Assembly (NCBI GenBank): GCA_964465955.1 | Contig: CAYXMN010000005.1 | Location: forward strand, 1-32,962 | DNA: 32,962 nt | Origin: an uncultured Planctomycetales bacterium | GTDB taxonomy: Bacteria > 4484-113 > JAFGCY01 | Direction: 5' to 3' | Shown here: positions 1-8,179 of the stretch, one piece after another | Position numbering within the stretch: the stretch's first letter is position 1 | Layout of the letters: every line of letters starts with the position of its first letter | The notes under the pieces: generated by a model | Database searches by the model: none | What the model was told of the DNA's origin: nothing | What the model saw: only the letters and a program-made list of their open reading frames with translations | Made by a program: the position numbers and the translations under genes

Positions 1-286
1 CGCCGTAACCGCCGCCGCCGCCGAACCCGGAGCGGGGACGATCTTCCTTCGGCTTGGCTTCGTTAACCTTCAGCGTCCGCCCCATCATCTCCGCCCCGTT
101 CAAAGAATCAATCGCCTTCTGCGCCTCGGCGGAGTCTGACATCTCGATGAACGCAAATCCCTTCGAACGTCCGGTGTCCCGGTCGGTAATCACCCGCACC
201 GACTCAACCGCGCCATGGGCGGAAAACGCCGTGCGCAGATCATTCTCGGTGCAATCATAGGACAAATTGCCCACGTAAATATTCAT
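1..286 (-). CDS. RRM-type RNA-binding protein with glycine-rich tail; the 3' end runs off the window
   Basis: Absent from the ORF track because there is no stop in the window. Minus-strand translation from ATG 286..284 gives MNIYVGNLSYDCTENDLRTAFSAHGAVESVRVITDRDTGRSKGFAFIEMSDSAEAQKAIDSLNGAEMMGRTLKVNEAKPKEDRPRSGFGGGGGYG. RNP2-like IYVGNL and RNP1-like KGFAFIEM motifs are present. GGAG lies 7 nt upstream of the ATG. Confidence 0.8.
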   Translation of the reverse strand, partial: MNIYVGNLSYDCTENDLRTAFSAHGAVESVRVITDRDTGRSKGFAFIEMSDSAEAQKAIDSLNGAEMMGRTLKVNEAKPKEDRPRSGFGGGGGYG

Positions 287-552
287 CTAATGGCTCCACA
301 ATACATTTTGATGAGGCCTGTGATGGGTAAATGGAAGCGCGTTCATCTCTGGGGAATACAAAGCGCAGAATGCTGTAGTTCCTTCGAATGCTCCGGCGAA
401 TTCACCTTTCCACAGTACGCCACATGGCGTTTCATCGATTTAAGAATACCATAATTCAGGCTAATTGCACCTTTTTCGCAATAACCCAATTTTGGCGGTT
501 CAAACCAGCCTTGACGGCTGAATGCAAACATCGCGCGCGGTGGTAGCATCTA

Positions 553-1920
553 TTGATTGAAATGCTAGTCACCATCATCGCCATCGTACTGGTCTTCGGG
601 GTCATCATTTTCGTCCATGAGCTAGGGCATATGTTGGCCGCGAAAAGCGTGGGCGTCGCCGTGCCGGACTTCGCCATGGGCATGGGGCCCAGCCTGTGGC
701 ACTTCAAGCTGGGCGAAACGCGCTTCCACCTCTGCCCCTTCCCCATCGGCGGCGCGGTGCGCGTCGCGGGTATGGAAGGCGACGCCGCCGACGCACCGGG
801 GATCCGCCTCTCGGGCGATGTCTACCCCCCGCACCGCACCTGGCAGGGTAAAAACGGCTGGCAGAAAGCCTGGATCCTGATCGCCGGCCCCCTGATGAAC
901 GTGGTGCTGGCTTTTGTGCTAATGATCGTCATCGGCTTTGTCGGCTTTCCGTCCAACGCGGTCATGGTGAGTTCAATTGAGAATGGCCAACCCGCGCAAG
1001 CCGCCGGGCTGCGGGCCGGCGATTTGATCCTGGCAATCGACGGCGTTGAAATGGGCAGCAGCCAGGAACTGATCAGCGTAATCCAAAACGGCGGCGGGCA
1101 ACCGCTGACCCTCTCCGTGCTGCGCGGCAGCGAGACGCTCGCCCTCGCCGCGACACCCAAACAACTGGGCGGCGAGCACGGCGGCAACTACAGCCTTGGC
1201 ATCGGCATCGGCGATGTGATGTACAGCACAACCACCGTGGCCGTGGTCCAGCCGAAAAGCCGCGGGCAGCAGCTCAAACTGCGCCCCGGCGACAAGGTCC
1301 TCGCCATCAACGGCCAGCCGGTCGGCAACGGCTGGGAAATCTACACCGCACTGGCGCTGTTCGATGCAGACCTGAACCCGGTTGACGAGAAAGGCAACCT
1401 CCTGCCGGAAGGCAGCGGCGAGCCTTTCGAGATTACGCTTGAGCGCCGCGGAGAGGTGCGCACGGAAACGCTGCCCGGCGACACGACCGCGATTAGTTTC
1501 GGCGTTCAGTTCAAGCCGCTGCTCGAACACCTGCCCTTGAATCAGAGCCTGCGCCGCAGCTTAGCCGAAGCGGGCAACATGATGCTGGCGTTCCTGCTGG
1601 GCATGAAGATGCTGTTCACCTCCGAAGGCGTGAAGACAATCAGCGGGCCGGTGGGCATCATGGACATGATCGGCCAAAGCGCCAAGGCGGGCTGGTACAC
1701 CTTCTTGACAATCATCATCCTCATCAACCTAAACCTGGGGCTGATTAACCTGCTGCCGCTGCCGGCGCTGGACGGCGGGCGGCTGGTGTTTGTCACGCTG
1801 GCGGGCATTGGCGTGAAGATACCGGAACAGCGCGAAGCTACCGTGCATGCCGTGGGCATGTTCATGCTGCTGGGCCTGATCGCGGTGATCACTCTCACCG
1901 ACATCCTGGCATATTTCTAG
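553..1920 (+). CDS. rseP: RseP-type site-2 protease (M50 zinc metalloprotease with PDZ domains)
   Basis: HELGH zinc motif sits in the first TM helix. PDZ-like segments include GQPAQAAGLRAGDLILAIDGVEM and LRPGDKVLAINGQPV. The C-terminal NLLPLPALDGG motif is present. The track start is TTG at 553; ATG at 562 is an alternative. Confidence 0.9.
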   Translation: MIEMLVTIIAIVLVFGVIIFVHELGHMLAAKSVGVAVPDFAMGMGPSLWHFKLGETRFHLCPFPIGGAVRVAGMEGDAADAPGIRLSGDVYPPHRTWQGKNGWQKAWILIAGPLMNVVLAFVLMIVIGFVGFPSNAVMVSSIENGQPAQAAGLRAGDLILAIDGVEMGSSQELISVIQNGGGQPLTLSVLRGSETLALAATPKQLGGEHGGNYSLGIGIGDVMYSTTTVAVVQPKSRGQQLKLRPGDKVLAINGQPVGNGWEIYTALALFDADLNPVDEKGNLLPEGSGEPFEITLERRGEVRTETLPGDTTAISFGVQFKPLLEHLPLNQSLRRSLAEAGNMMLAFLLGMKMLFTSEGVKTISGPVGIMDMIGQSAKAGWYTFLTIIILINLNLGLINLLPLPALDGGRLVFVTLAGIGVKIPEQREATVHAVGMFMLLGLIAVITLTDILAYF

Positions 1921-2037
1921 CGCGCGGCTGGGCGGCTGCCGGTGTTGCGCACCGTTCTCACTTGCCATGCCTGGTTGAGATGGAGCGAGAATCTTGTTAG
2001 ACTCAATCGGTTCAATCTTAACTAGGACATCATTCGC

Positions 2038-2658
2038 ATGGAATCAGCTGTCGTCACGAATACCGCGGTTACTGCCGATACAACAGCCCGTAAAGCCTCG
2101 CGCACAGCGATCAATTTCTGGATTGATCTGCTGACAGCCATCGCTTTCGCCTTGCTGCTCAGCACGAGCTTCCTGATGAAGTACATCCTGCCGCCGGGCA
2201 CCTGCGACGGCGCGGGCGTCAAAGTCTGGCTCACCCACAGCCGCCACTGGTGGGGCGACATCCACTTCGTCGCCGCCCTGGCGATGATTGCGCTGATCAT
2301 CGTGCATATCTGGCTGCACTGGAGCTGGGTCACCGGCGCGTGGGGCAAACTGCTGGGCAACATGAAAAGCCCGGCGACCTGGACCGCGCTGGCTGTGATG
2401 GCTGGGCTGCTGGCGGTGCCGTGGATAATTCCCGCGGTGGAACTCGATGTGATGGCGGCGCCGGATCACTATTCCGTCGCGGATGGCGAGCATGGCCCGG
2501 CGGTGGACGAAGCCGCAGGCGTGGCGCCGTGCGGGGTGGAAGGCTTGAGCTGTGCGGATTGCCCGGCCTCCGGCGACCGGCTGTTCGGCGGCGATTGCAG
2601 CGCGGCCAGCGAGGACGGCGAGGTGGACTTAAGCGTGCTCGCGGAAGGCTTCGAGTAA
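2038..2658 (+). CDS. Integral membrane protein, DUF4405-like, with acidic Cys-containing C-terminal tail
   Basis: Three to four predicted TM helices with the His-rich signature SRHWWGDIHFVAALAMIALIIVHIWLHWSW, typical of DUF4405. AGGA lies 10 nt upstream of the ATG. The tail reads APCGVEGLSCADCPASGDRLFGGDCSAAS. Confidence 0.6.
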   Translation: MESAVVTNTAVTADTTARKASRTAINFWIDLLTAIAFALLLSTSFLMKYILPPGTCDGAGVKVWLTHSRHWWGDIHFVAALAMIALIIVHIWLHWSWVTGAWGKLLGNMKSPATWTALAVMAGLLAVPWIIPAVELDVMAAPDHYSVADGEHGPAVDEAAGVAPCGVEGLSCADCPASGDRLFGGDCSAASEDGEVDLSVLAEGFE

Positions 2659-2809
2659 GGGCCGGGCTGCATGTCGCCCGCTAGCCGCAGGGCTTGACCC
2701 ACGGACATCGATGGCGGCATGAAAATCCGCTGCTACGCCAAGACGGGGCGGCTGAGTCCTTCCCCTTCGCGCATTCGCATCCTGCCTCATTCTCGCGCAT
2801 AGAAAATGA

Positions 2810-2859
2810 AGAGACCCCGTACCAGCCGGGGCCTCTTTCGGCTCCCCCATAACGGGGAG
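2810..2859. terminator. Two adjacent GC-rich hairpins in a 332-nt intergenic region; candidate bidirectional terminator
   Basis: Hairpin 1 (2810-2836) is AGAGaCCCCG / CGGGGcCTCT with a 7-nt loop. It is followed by TTT on the plus strand and by TCTTCATTTTCT on the minus strand. Hairpin 2 (2842-2859) is CTCCCC-6nt-GGGGAG. The pair lies between the convergent genes 2038..2658 (+) and 2991..3980 (-). Confidence 0.3.
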
Positions 2860-2990
2860 TGAAGCAAATGTCGTATCAGACCAACGAGATTATACCGTGC
2901 AAATCCAGCGTGCGCATTAGGTTTAATGCGGTTTCAGCCGGGTTTTCGCCTTTTCAGTTATCAACAAGATATGCACCGGCGTCGATGCTG

Positions 2991-3980
2991 CTAATTGAAT
3001 GAGAATGTCACCTTGTTCTGGTTATTCTGTTGCCCGGCGAGCGCGTTAGCCCCAGATTCCCGAGCCGGGTGTTCTGCATCCGCGCTCAGCACCAGGACCC
3101 CGTTGGCCTGCAGGTTTGGCACCATCCATTCATTCGCGATGATGTAAGGAATTGCCTGGCCCGCGGGCAGGTTCCCGCAGAGCATGTATTCCGAAAAGCG
3201 GCTGAGCGTGCCCGATTCCACCATGACGTAATCACCGTCAGTGAAAGCTTCCTGCATCGGCTGGCCGGTGAACGGATTGACCCAGAACTGCGGATTGGGT
3301 TCGAGCTCCATCAAGCTTGAGAGCCGCGGCTGACTGGCTGGCGCACCTTGCGCCGGTTTCCCGTATTCACAGAGGAAGAATTTCAATGTATCATTTTTCT
3401 GGCGGACCTGATACTGCGGATCTTTCAGTTCATGCCATTCGCCGGCATTGATCAGCCGTTGCGCGTTGGGTTGGCCGCAAATATATGCACCAGGATCCAG
3501 CCCGGCAACAGGCTGTTTGAAAGGGATATACCCGCCATCGACCAGTTCCTGCAGCTGCACCGCGAAGTCGCCGGTATTCAAGGCATAGGACACCGCGGCA
3601 TCGTACAGCTGCGAACCGCAATTGGATTGGCTGAGCGGCAGGGCGGGCGTGCCTTCATCCAGCTTGACCCTGTAGGTCTTATAGGTTTTTCCCAGGTACA
3701 GCCCAAAAAGCTGCTGGCTGTTCAACCAGACGGCTCCGTCAATCAGCCACTCCGGTTTGCCTTGCAGGCGGCGTTTGGTCTCGTCGGGATACTCCGGCAT
3801 GAAGTCGGCGGAAAGATGACGGGCAAGGTTAATGTTCCAGCCGGTGTCCTGAAAAATCTGGTAACTACCTAGTCTGGTAAGGACGTATCCTGCCCCCGCG
3901 GCCACCACTAAGCCGGCTGTCCACAATGCAACCCGTAACCATCGCCCGCGCCTACTACCCATGCTCATATGATGCACCAA
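2991..3980 (-). CDS. Hypothetical membrane-anchored protein (single N-terminal TM); no recognised domain
   Basis: Long ORF with the N-terminal hydrophobic segment LRVALWTAGLVVAAGAGYVL after a basic stretch. Visibly lower GC than its neighbours. The start is uncertain (several in-frame Met: MVHHMSMGS). Confidence 0.55.
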   Translation of the reverse strand: MVHHMSMGSRRGRWLRVALWTAGLVVAAGAGYVLTRLGSYQIFQDTGWNINLARHLSADFMPEYPDETKRRLQGKPEWLIDGAVWLNSQQLFGLYLGKTYKTYRVKLDEGTPALPLSQSNCGSQLYDAAVSYALNTGDFAVQLQELVDGGYIPFKQPVAGLDPGAYICGQPNAQRLINAGEWHELKDPQYQVRQKNDTLKFFLCEYGKPAQGAPASQPRLSSLMELEPNPQFWVNPFTGQPMQEAFTDGDYVMVESGTLSRFSEYMLCGNLPAGQAIPYIIANEWMVPNLQANGVLVLSADAEHPARESGANALAGQQNNQNKVTFSFN

Positions 3981-4007
3981 GAAAACATTACGTTCAACTG
4001 CCCAGCC

Positions 4008-5102
4008 TTATAAATGCTGCCAGCCCAGCTCGCCCAGCATCAGCGTGCGCCCGTCCTCGCCGCGGTAGAAACAACCTTCCTCGGCGGGAACAACATAGCC
4101 TAGGCGTTGCACCTGCGCGGGGCAGCCGGCGAAATCCGCCTCGCGCACCTGCGGCGGCGTGGTAAACAACAACTGGTAGTCTTCCGCGCTAGCCAGCAAG
4201 TACTCCGCCAGGCTGTGATAACGCGCTGCTTTCCGGTCGAGCTGGTAGCGCGGCGGCAGGTTGAACGCGCGCGGCCCCCCGCCGCGCCAAGGCTTGTGCG
4301 CCGCGGCGAACGCCGCCAGCGCCGGATTGAAGCGGTAGCGCGCAAAATCCAGCAACAGCCCAGTCTGCGAGGCGCGCGCCAGTTGCAGCACGCACTGCGC
4401 CAGGCTGTCCGAGGTATCGAGGCACGCCGTGACCCTGCCCTGCTCGCGCAGCCAGCGCCCCGCCTCGAGCTGCGCCCGCGGCTGGCGGTGCGCGTTAAGC
4501 GCCGCGGGTTCCGCCGCCCCCGCCTCCCCGGCGCACAATAGCGCCAGGCCGATGCTGGAAAGCCCGAGCGCGCCGGTATGCCATAGCACATCGCCGGGCT
4601 GGGCCCCGGAGCGCAGCAGCGGCTCTCCGGCGGGCGCCTCGCCCAACACGGTGAAACCCACCGCCCACTGCGGCCCGCGCACCGTGTCGCCCCCGGCGAG
4701 GATTACGCCGCTCTCCGCCGCCGCTTGGGCCACGCCGTCCAGCAGCGCGTCCACGTCCGCGCCGCTGGTCTCCGGCGGCACCGCCAGGCAGCCGAAGGCA
4801 AACACCGCCGTCCCGCCCATCGCCGCGATGTCGCTCAAATTCACCGCCAGCGCTTTATAACCCGCGTCAGCCAGGCTCAGCCAGCGCCGATCGAAGTGCA
4901 CGCCTTCCACGAGCAAATCCGTGGTCACCAGCCAGTCGCGGGCGTTAAGCGCGCACCCGGCCAAGGCCGTGTCGTTGTCGAGCCGCAGCACCGCGCAGTC
5001 GTCACTGATGCCGACGGCGAGGCGCGGATCGCTCGCCGCGAAACGCCGGCGCAGGCTGTCGATAATCAGGGCTTCTGTAGTTGAAACAGGCTCGCTGGGC
5101 AT
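4008..5102 (-). CDS. thiL: Thiamine-monophosphate kinase (AIR synthase-related family)
   Basis: N-terminal signature GISDDCAVL ... WLVTTDLLVEGVHFDRRW ... AGYKALAVNLSDIAAMGG is typical of ThiL. AGGA lies 5 nt upstream of the ATG. Confidence 0.85.
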   Translation of the reverse strand: MPSEPVSTTEALIIDSLRRRFAASDPRLAVGISDDCAVLRLDNDTALAGCALNARDWLVTTDLLVEGVHFDRRWLSLADAGYKALAVNLSDIAAMGGTAVFAFGCLAVPPETSGADVDALLDGVAQAAAESGVILAGGDTVRGPQWAVGFTVLGEAPAGEPLLRSGAQPGDVLWHTGALGLSSIGLALLCAGEAGAAEPAALNAHRQPRAQLEAGRWLREQGRVTACLDTSDSLAQCVLQLARASQTGLLLDFARYRFNPALAAFAAAHKPWRGGGPRAFNLPPRYQLDRKAARYHSLAEYLLASAEDYQLLFTTPPQVREADFAGCPAQVQRLGYVVPAEEGCFYRGEDGRTLMLGELGWQHL

Positions 5103-5169
5103 GGCATCCTTGATTCAAACAGTGCGGCAGGTTTAAGCGGTCCGCCGTTGTGTAAGAATATTACGAAGC

Positions 5170-6036
5170 ATGATACACCGCGATGAGTATTGGCGGATGG
5201 CCCAGCGCGGCGCGGCAACGCTGGCGGAAGCCGGGCTGGCGGACATCGAGCTGGCCGTGCAGTGCGGCAGCGGCCTGGGCCGCCTGGGCAATGACTTGCT
5301 GGGCAACGCGCCAGCCATTGACATGGACGCTGTGCCCTATCTGCCCGCGGCGACCGTGACCGGCCATGGGCACCAAGTGCTGGCGGGGCAGGTGGGCCGG
5401 ACGCGCGTGTTGATCTACACTGGGCGCATCCATGTCTACGAGGGCCACACCCCGGAAGTCGCGGGCTTGCCCGCGGCCATCGCAAAAGCACTGGGCGCGC
5501 GTGCGTTCATCGCGATCAACGCCGCCGGGGGACTCAATCCGCAGTTCCGCCAAGGCGGGATCATGCTGCACCGCGACTATCTGAACTTTCAAGGCGACAA
5601 CGCTCTGGCGCATCTGGATTGCCCGGACCCCGCCGAGCGGTTCCTCGACATGCGCGAGGCTTACCACCGCGGCTTAGGCGGCGCACTGTGGCGCAGCCTG
5701 GCCGCCGCCGGCGCGCGGCAACTTCACGACGGGATCTACGCGGCGGTGCGCGGGCCGGTGTTCGAAACACCGGCGGAGTTGCACTGGCTGCGCAGCACCG
5801 GCGCCGACGCGGTGGGGATGAGCACGGTGCCGGAAATCATGGTCTGCCGCTGGCTCAGGCTGGCGGCGGCGGGAATTAGCGTGATCACCAACGAATGCCT
5901 GGGCGAGACCGGGCCGGAACACGGCGCGATCATCGCCGCGGCGGCAGGTGCTATACCTATCTTGGCGCGTGGGCTGCGCCATATGTTGGAGGATGGCGGA
6001 TGGCAGTTGTCACTAACGGAGGAACCTGGCGGCTAG
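5170..6036 (+). CDS. Purine nucleoside phosphorylase (trimeric PNP/MTAP family)
   Basis: Motifs GSGLG, TGRIHVYEGH, INAAGGLN, VRGPVFETPAE and GADAVGMSTVPE are present. I cannot separate PNP from MTAP specificity by eye. Confidence 0.85.
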   Translation: MIHRDEYWRMAQRGAATLAEAGLADIELAVQCGSGLGRLGNDLLGNAPAIDMDAVPYLPAATVTGHGHQVLAGQVGRTRVLIYTGRIHVYEGHTPEVAGLPAAIAKALGARAFIAINAAGGLNPQFRQGGIMLHRDYLNFQGDNALAHLDCPDPAERFLDMREAYHRGLGGALWRSLAAAGARQLHDGIYAAVRGPVFETPAELHWLRSTGADAVGMSTVPEIMVCRWLRLAAAGISVITNECLGETGPEHGAIIAAAAGAIPILARGLRHMLEDGGWQLSLTEEPGG

Positions 6037-7334
6037 CCTGTCTCGTGGCGCTCGCCGGAATAAGTTTGGCGCTGGCGCTGCCAAGCGGAGCCTTAGCGCA
6101 AACCACCGGCCTGGACCAGCTTGGGCGCTGGTATCTGGCCGAAGTGGACTGGAGCGACCGCGGCGCGCTGCCGTCGGATAACGAGCTGGCCGCGCCGTTG
6201 ATCGCGGAGTATAACTGGGCTTACGGTGCGATCATGATGGGGCTCAACGTCCGGGCGCGCGGCACGAGCAGCTATTACGCGGCGGTGGCGCTGAACGACA
6301 ACGCGAAGCTCGACGCGCTCGACAGCTTCGGCCCGGTCAGCAGCCCGGCCCTGTGGGATGCCGGGAAATATCATCTGGCGGCGGGATTGCCCAGCGGCCA
6401 GCTCGTGGTCTGGCTCTGCGCCCCCGGCACCCAGCCGCGGCGCGTTGTGCTGACGGACAGCTACACCGCCGGCACCGGTTTCGATTTGGCGGTGTATCCG
6501 CCAGATCCCATCAGCACTGATTGGAGCAAGTGGGTCATTTCCGCCGCCTACCAGTACAGCAAGGGCGATTCCGGCCTGCAGGTGGAATCGTTCCACGGCG
6601 ACGGCCGCTCGCTGGACTATACCAACACCTTACCCACGCCGGGCAACCTGGTCAGCGTGCAGTACATGGACTATCCGCTGGAAGACGGTAACATCACGCC
6701 CTACGTAGTCTTCAGCTGCGAGCGCGATACCCGTCCGGTGGCGGGCAACAACAGCCACACCGGCTTGCAGGCGGCGTGGTACAGCGGCGCCGAGGGGCGC
6801 TGGGTCCCGGTGGTCCTGCGCGAAACAGGGGTGTACTTGGGCAAGACCTACCTCGCCCAGTCCGGCACGGCCATTACGGCGCTGGCTGCCTTCGACCAGA
6901 CAGATGCCGGCGGCGCCTACGGCGGGCTGCAGCTCATCTCCACCAGCGCGAACCGGCATGGCCAGGTGGCCAGCACGCTCCACAGCAATTGCTGGCTGCC
7001 CTGTGCCCCGCAATCCAACAACCTGTGCTTCCTCCAGAGCGCGCGGGTGTCTAGCCCCTTCACCGTGCTCAGCGACGGGCTGGACGTGTTTTTTGGCTGG
7101 CGAGTCCAACCCGCGGGCGGCGGGCAAGGCGTGGATTATTACCACTTGCGGCTGTTCCAGGGGGAACGCTCCGCGCAAGGCGCGGCGAATACCGCGCATT
7201 ACCCGGTGCTGGGGGTGGCGGCGGCGGCGCACTGGAGCACCGGCGATCCGTCAATCTATTGGGTTCAGCGCGGGAATGACCGCGGCGAGGCCGGCGGCGT
7301 GCTCTACCAGCTGGTCTACTGGGCGGGCGCCTAG
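6000..7334 (+). CDS. Hypothetical secreted protein (signal peptide); no recognised domain
   Basis: The track ORF starts at 5895 inside the PNP gene. The internal ATG at 6000 gives MAVVTNGGTWRLACLVALAGISLALALPSGALAQ, a Sec-type signal peptide with an ALA-Q site. It overlaps the PNP 3' end by 37 nt. Confidence 0.6.
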   Translation: MAVVTNGGTWRLACLVALAGISLALALPSGALAQTTGLDQLGRWYLAEVDWSDRGALPSDNELAAPLIAEYNWAYGAIMMGLNVRARGTSSYYAAVALNDNAKLDALDSFGPVSSPALWDAGKYHLAAGLPSGQLVVWLCAPGTQPRRVVLTDSYTAGTGFDLAVYPPDPISTDWSKWVISAAYQYSKGDSGLQVESFHGDGRSLDYTNTLPTPGNLVSVQYMDYPLEDGNITPYVVFSCERDTRPVAGNNSHTGLQAAWYSGAEGRWVPVVLRETGVYLGKTYLAQSGTAITALAAFDQTDAGGAYGGLQLISTSANRHGQVASTLHSNCWLPCAPQSNNLCFLQSARVSSPFTVLSDGLDVFFGWRVQPAGGGQGVDYYHLRLFQGERSAQGAANTAHYPVLGVAAAAHWSTGDPSIYWVQRGNDRGEAGGVLYQLVYWAGA

Positions 7335-7375
7335 GATGCGCTAAAGCCTAAGCGCCGCCGCCGGGCACCGGCCCG

Positions 7376-7585
7376 CTAGGCGATTCGCACCATGCGCCAC
7401 AAGCCAAAGCGCGCCTGTTCGATCTGGTCCGGCGTGGCATACCCGCGTTCGACCAGCACGCGCTCGATTGAAAGCCCGCTGGCACTGGCCAAGGCGAATG
7501 CTTCAACATATTGCAGCCGGCTGATGACTCCGCTTTGCACCAATTGTTGTCCGAGCCCCTTGTTTCTCAGGCTTTCCTGCAACAT
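7376..7585 (-). CDS. Small (69 aa) stand-alone MshEN/T2SSE_N-like protein, degenerate motif
   Basis: ATG 7585 is preceded by GGAGG with a 6-nt spacer; the track TTG start at 7645 is unlikely. The sequence reads MLQESLRNK-GLGQQLVQSGVISRLQYVEAFALA-SASGL-SIERVLVERGYATPDQIEQARFGL. This has the same 24+5+24 architecture as the neighbouring paralogue, but the key Arg and Gln positions are replaced. Confidence 0.6.
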   Translation of the reverse strand: MLQESLRNKGLGQQLVQSGVISRLQYVEAFALASASGLSIERVLVERGYATPDQIEQARFGLWRMVRIA

Positions 7586-7656
7586 GCCGTTCCTCCGAAT
7601 TTTAGTAACCGCATGTTTTACCTGAAACAGCCAGCCTCTGAACAAAACTCAGAAGA

Positions 7657-7685
7657 AATATAGGGTAAATCTAAAATTCGCTCAA
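7657..7685 (-). promoter_or_regulatory. Sigma70-like promoter TTGAGC-17-TATATT for the 7376..7585 gene
   Basis: The minus strand reads TTGAGC GAATTTTAGATTTACCC TATATT (-35 at 7680-7685, -10 at 7657-7662). This implies a 5' UTR of about 65 nt. Confidence 0.4.
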
Positions 7686-7840
7686 CAGGCGGCGGTTAAT
7701 CGCTGGCCCAGCAAGCGCCGGATCTGCGGTGATCGTTGCGCCAACAAGGTTGTTCCCGGCATTGCGGGCAGATGGCGCTGAAAGAAAATCACGCGGCAGG
7801 CGCTGCCTTCACTTATAAACCATAGGAAGGCCAGGCGCAA

Positions 7841-8080
7841 TTAGGCGATAGCCTGGCCGCTCTGCTGGCACAAAGCGCGGTCGATGTCTTTTGGCGTGAC
7901 ATACTCCAAGTTCAGCAGTACTTCGCCGATGAGCTTCGGCGTCCCGTGCTGGAGCAACAGGCCGATGGTTAACTCATCCTCCGTAACCACTCCCTGTTTT
8001 AACAAGATTTCGCCAAGGCGCGCTTTTAGCCGCCCGCTCAGCCGTGTGTCGATCATCCTGCACCAATCCCGAAAAAGCAT
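7841..8080 (-). CDS. Small (71-79 aa) stand-alone MshEN (T2SSE_N) domain protein; predicted c-di-GMP receptor
   Basis: Residues 21-73 (nt 7862-8020) read RLGEILLKQGVVTEDELTIGLLLQ-HGTPK-LIGEVLLNLEYVTPKDIDRALCQQ. This matches the published bipartite MshEN motif RLGxx(L/V/I)(L/V/I)xxG(L/V/I/F)(L/V/I)xxxxLxxxLxxQ, a 5-residue spacer, then a second 24-mer. The alternative start is ATG 8056. Confidence 0.7.
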   Translation of the reverse strand: MLFRDWCRMIDTRLSGRLKARLGEILLKQGVVTEDELTIGLLLQHGTPKLIGEVLLNLEYVTPKDIDRALCQQSGQAIA

Positions 8081-8119
8081 CCTGCTAATTGCCCGCAGTT
8101 TCCCGCCTAATTAACGCTG

Positions 8120-8148
8120 ATTTTAACAGTCGTACCCTAGCGTTACAA
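8120..8148 (-). promoter_or_regulatory. Sigma70-like promoter TTGTAA-17-TAAAAT for the 7841..8080 gene
   Basis: The minus strand reads TTGTAA CGCTAGGGTACGACTGT TAAAAT (-35 at 8143-8148, -10 at 8120-8125). It lies just downstream of the lexA stop. Confidence 0.4.
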
Positions 8149-8179
8149 GTGGATTTGGCAGAATGAGACCAAGGTGCAA

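Noticed and set aside
287-552. 266-nt lower-GC region upstream of the RRM-protein gene; considered as a long structured 5' UTR, ncRNA or small ORF (343..549, 215..454)
   Set aside because: I could not identify a convincing promoter, conserved structure or coding signal by eye. The ORFs there lack RBS or motif support.
5895-5999. Upstream extension of the secreted-protein ORF
   Set aside because: It lies inside the PNP coding region in another frame. The signal peptide begins at the ATG at 6000.
7829-7858. 8-bp hairpin GGCCAGGC-14nt-GCCTGGCC spanning the stop codon of the MshEN-like gene, plus a 5-bp hairpin at 7795-7807
   Set aside because: No convincing U-tract follows the larger hairpin, which overlaps coding sequence. 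The smaller hairpin is followed by TTTTCTTTC on the minus strand but is weak. Neither was called as a terminator.
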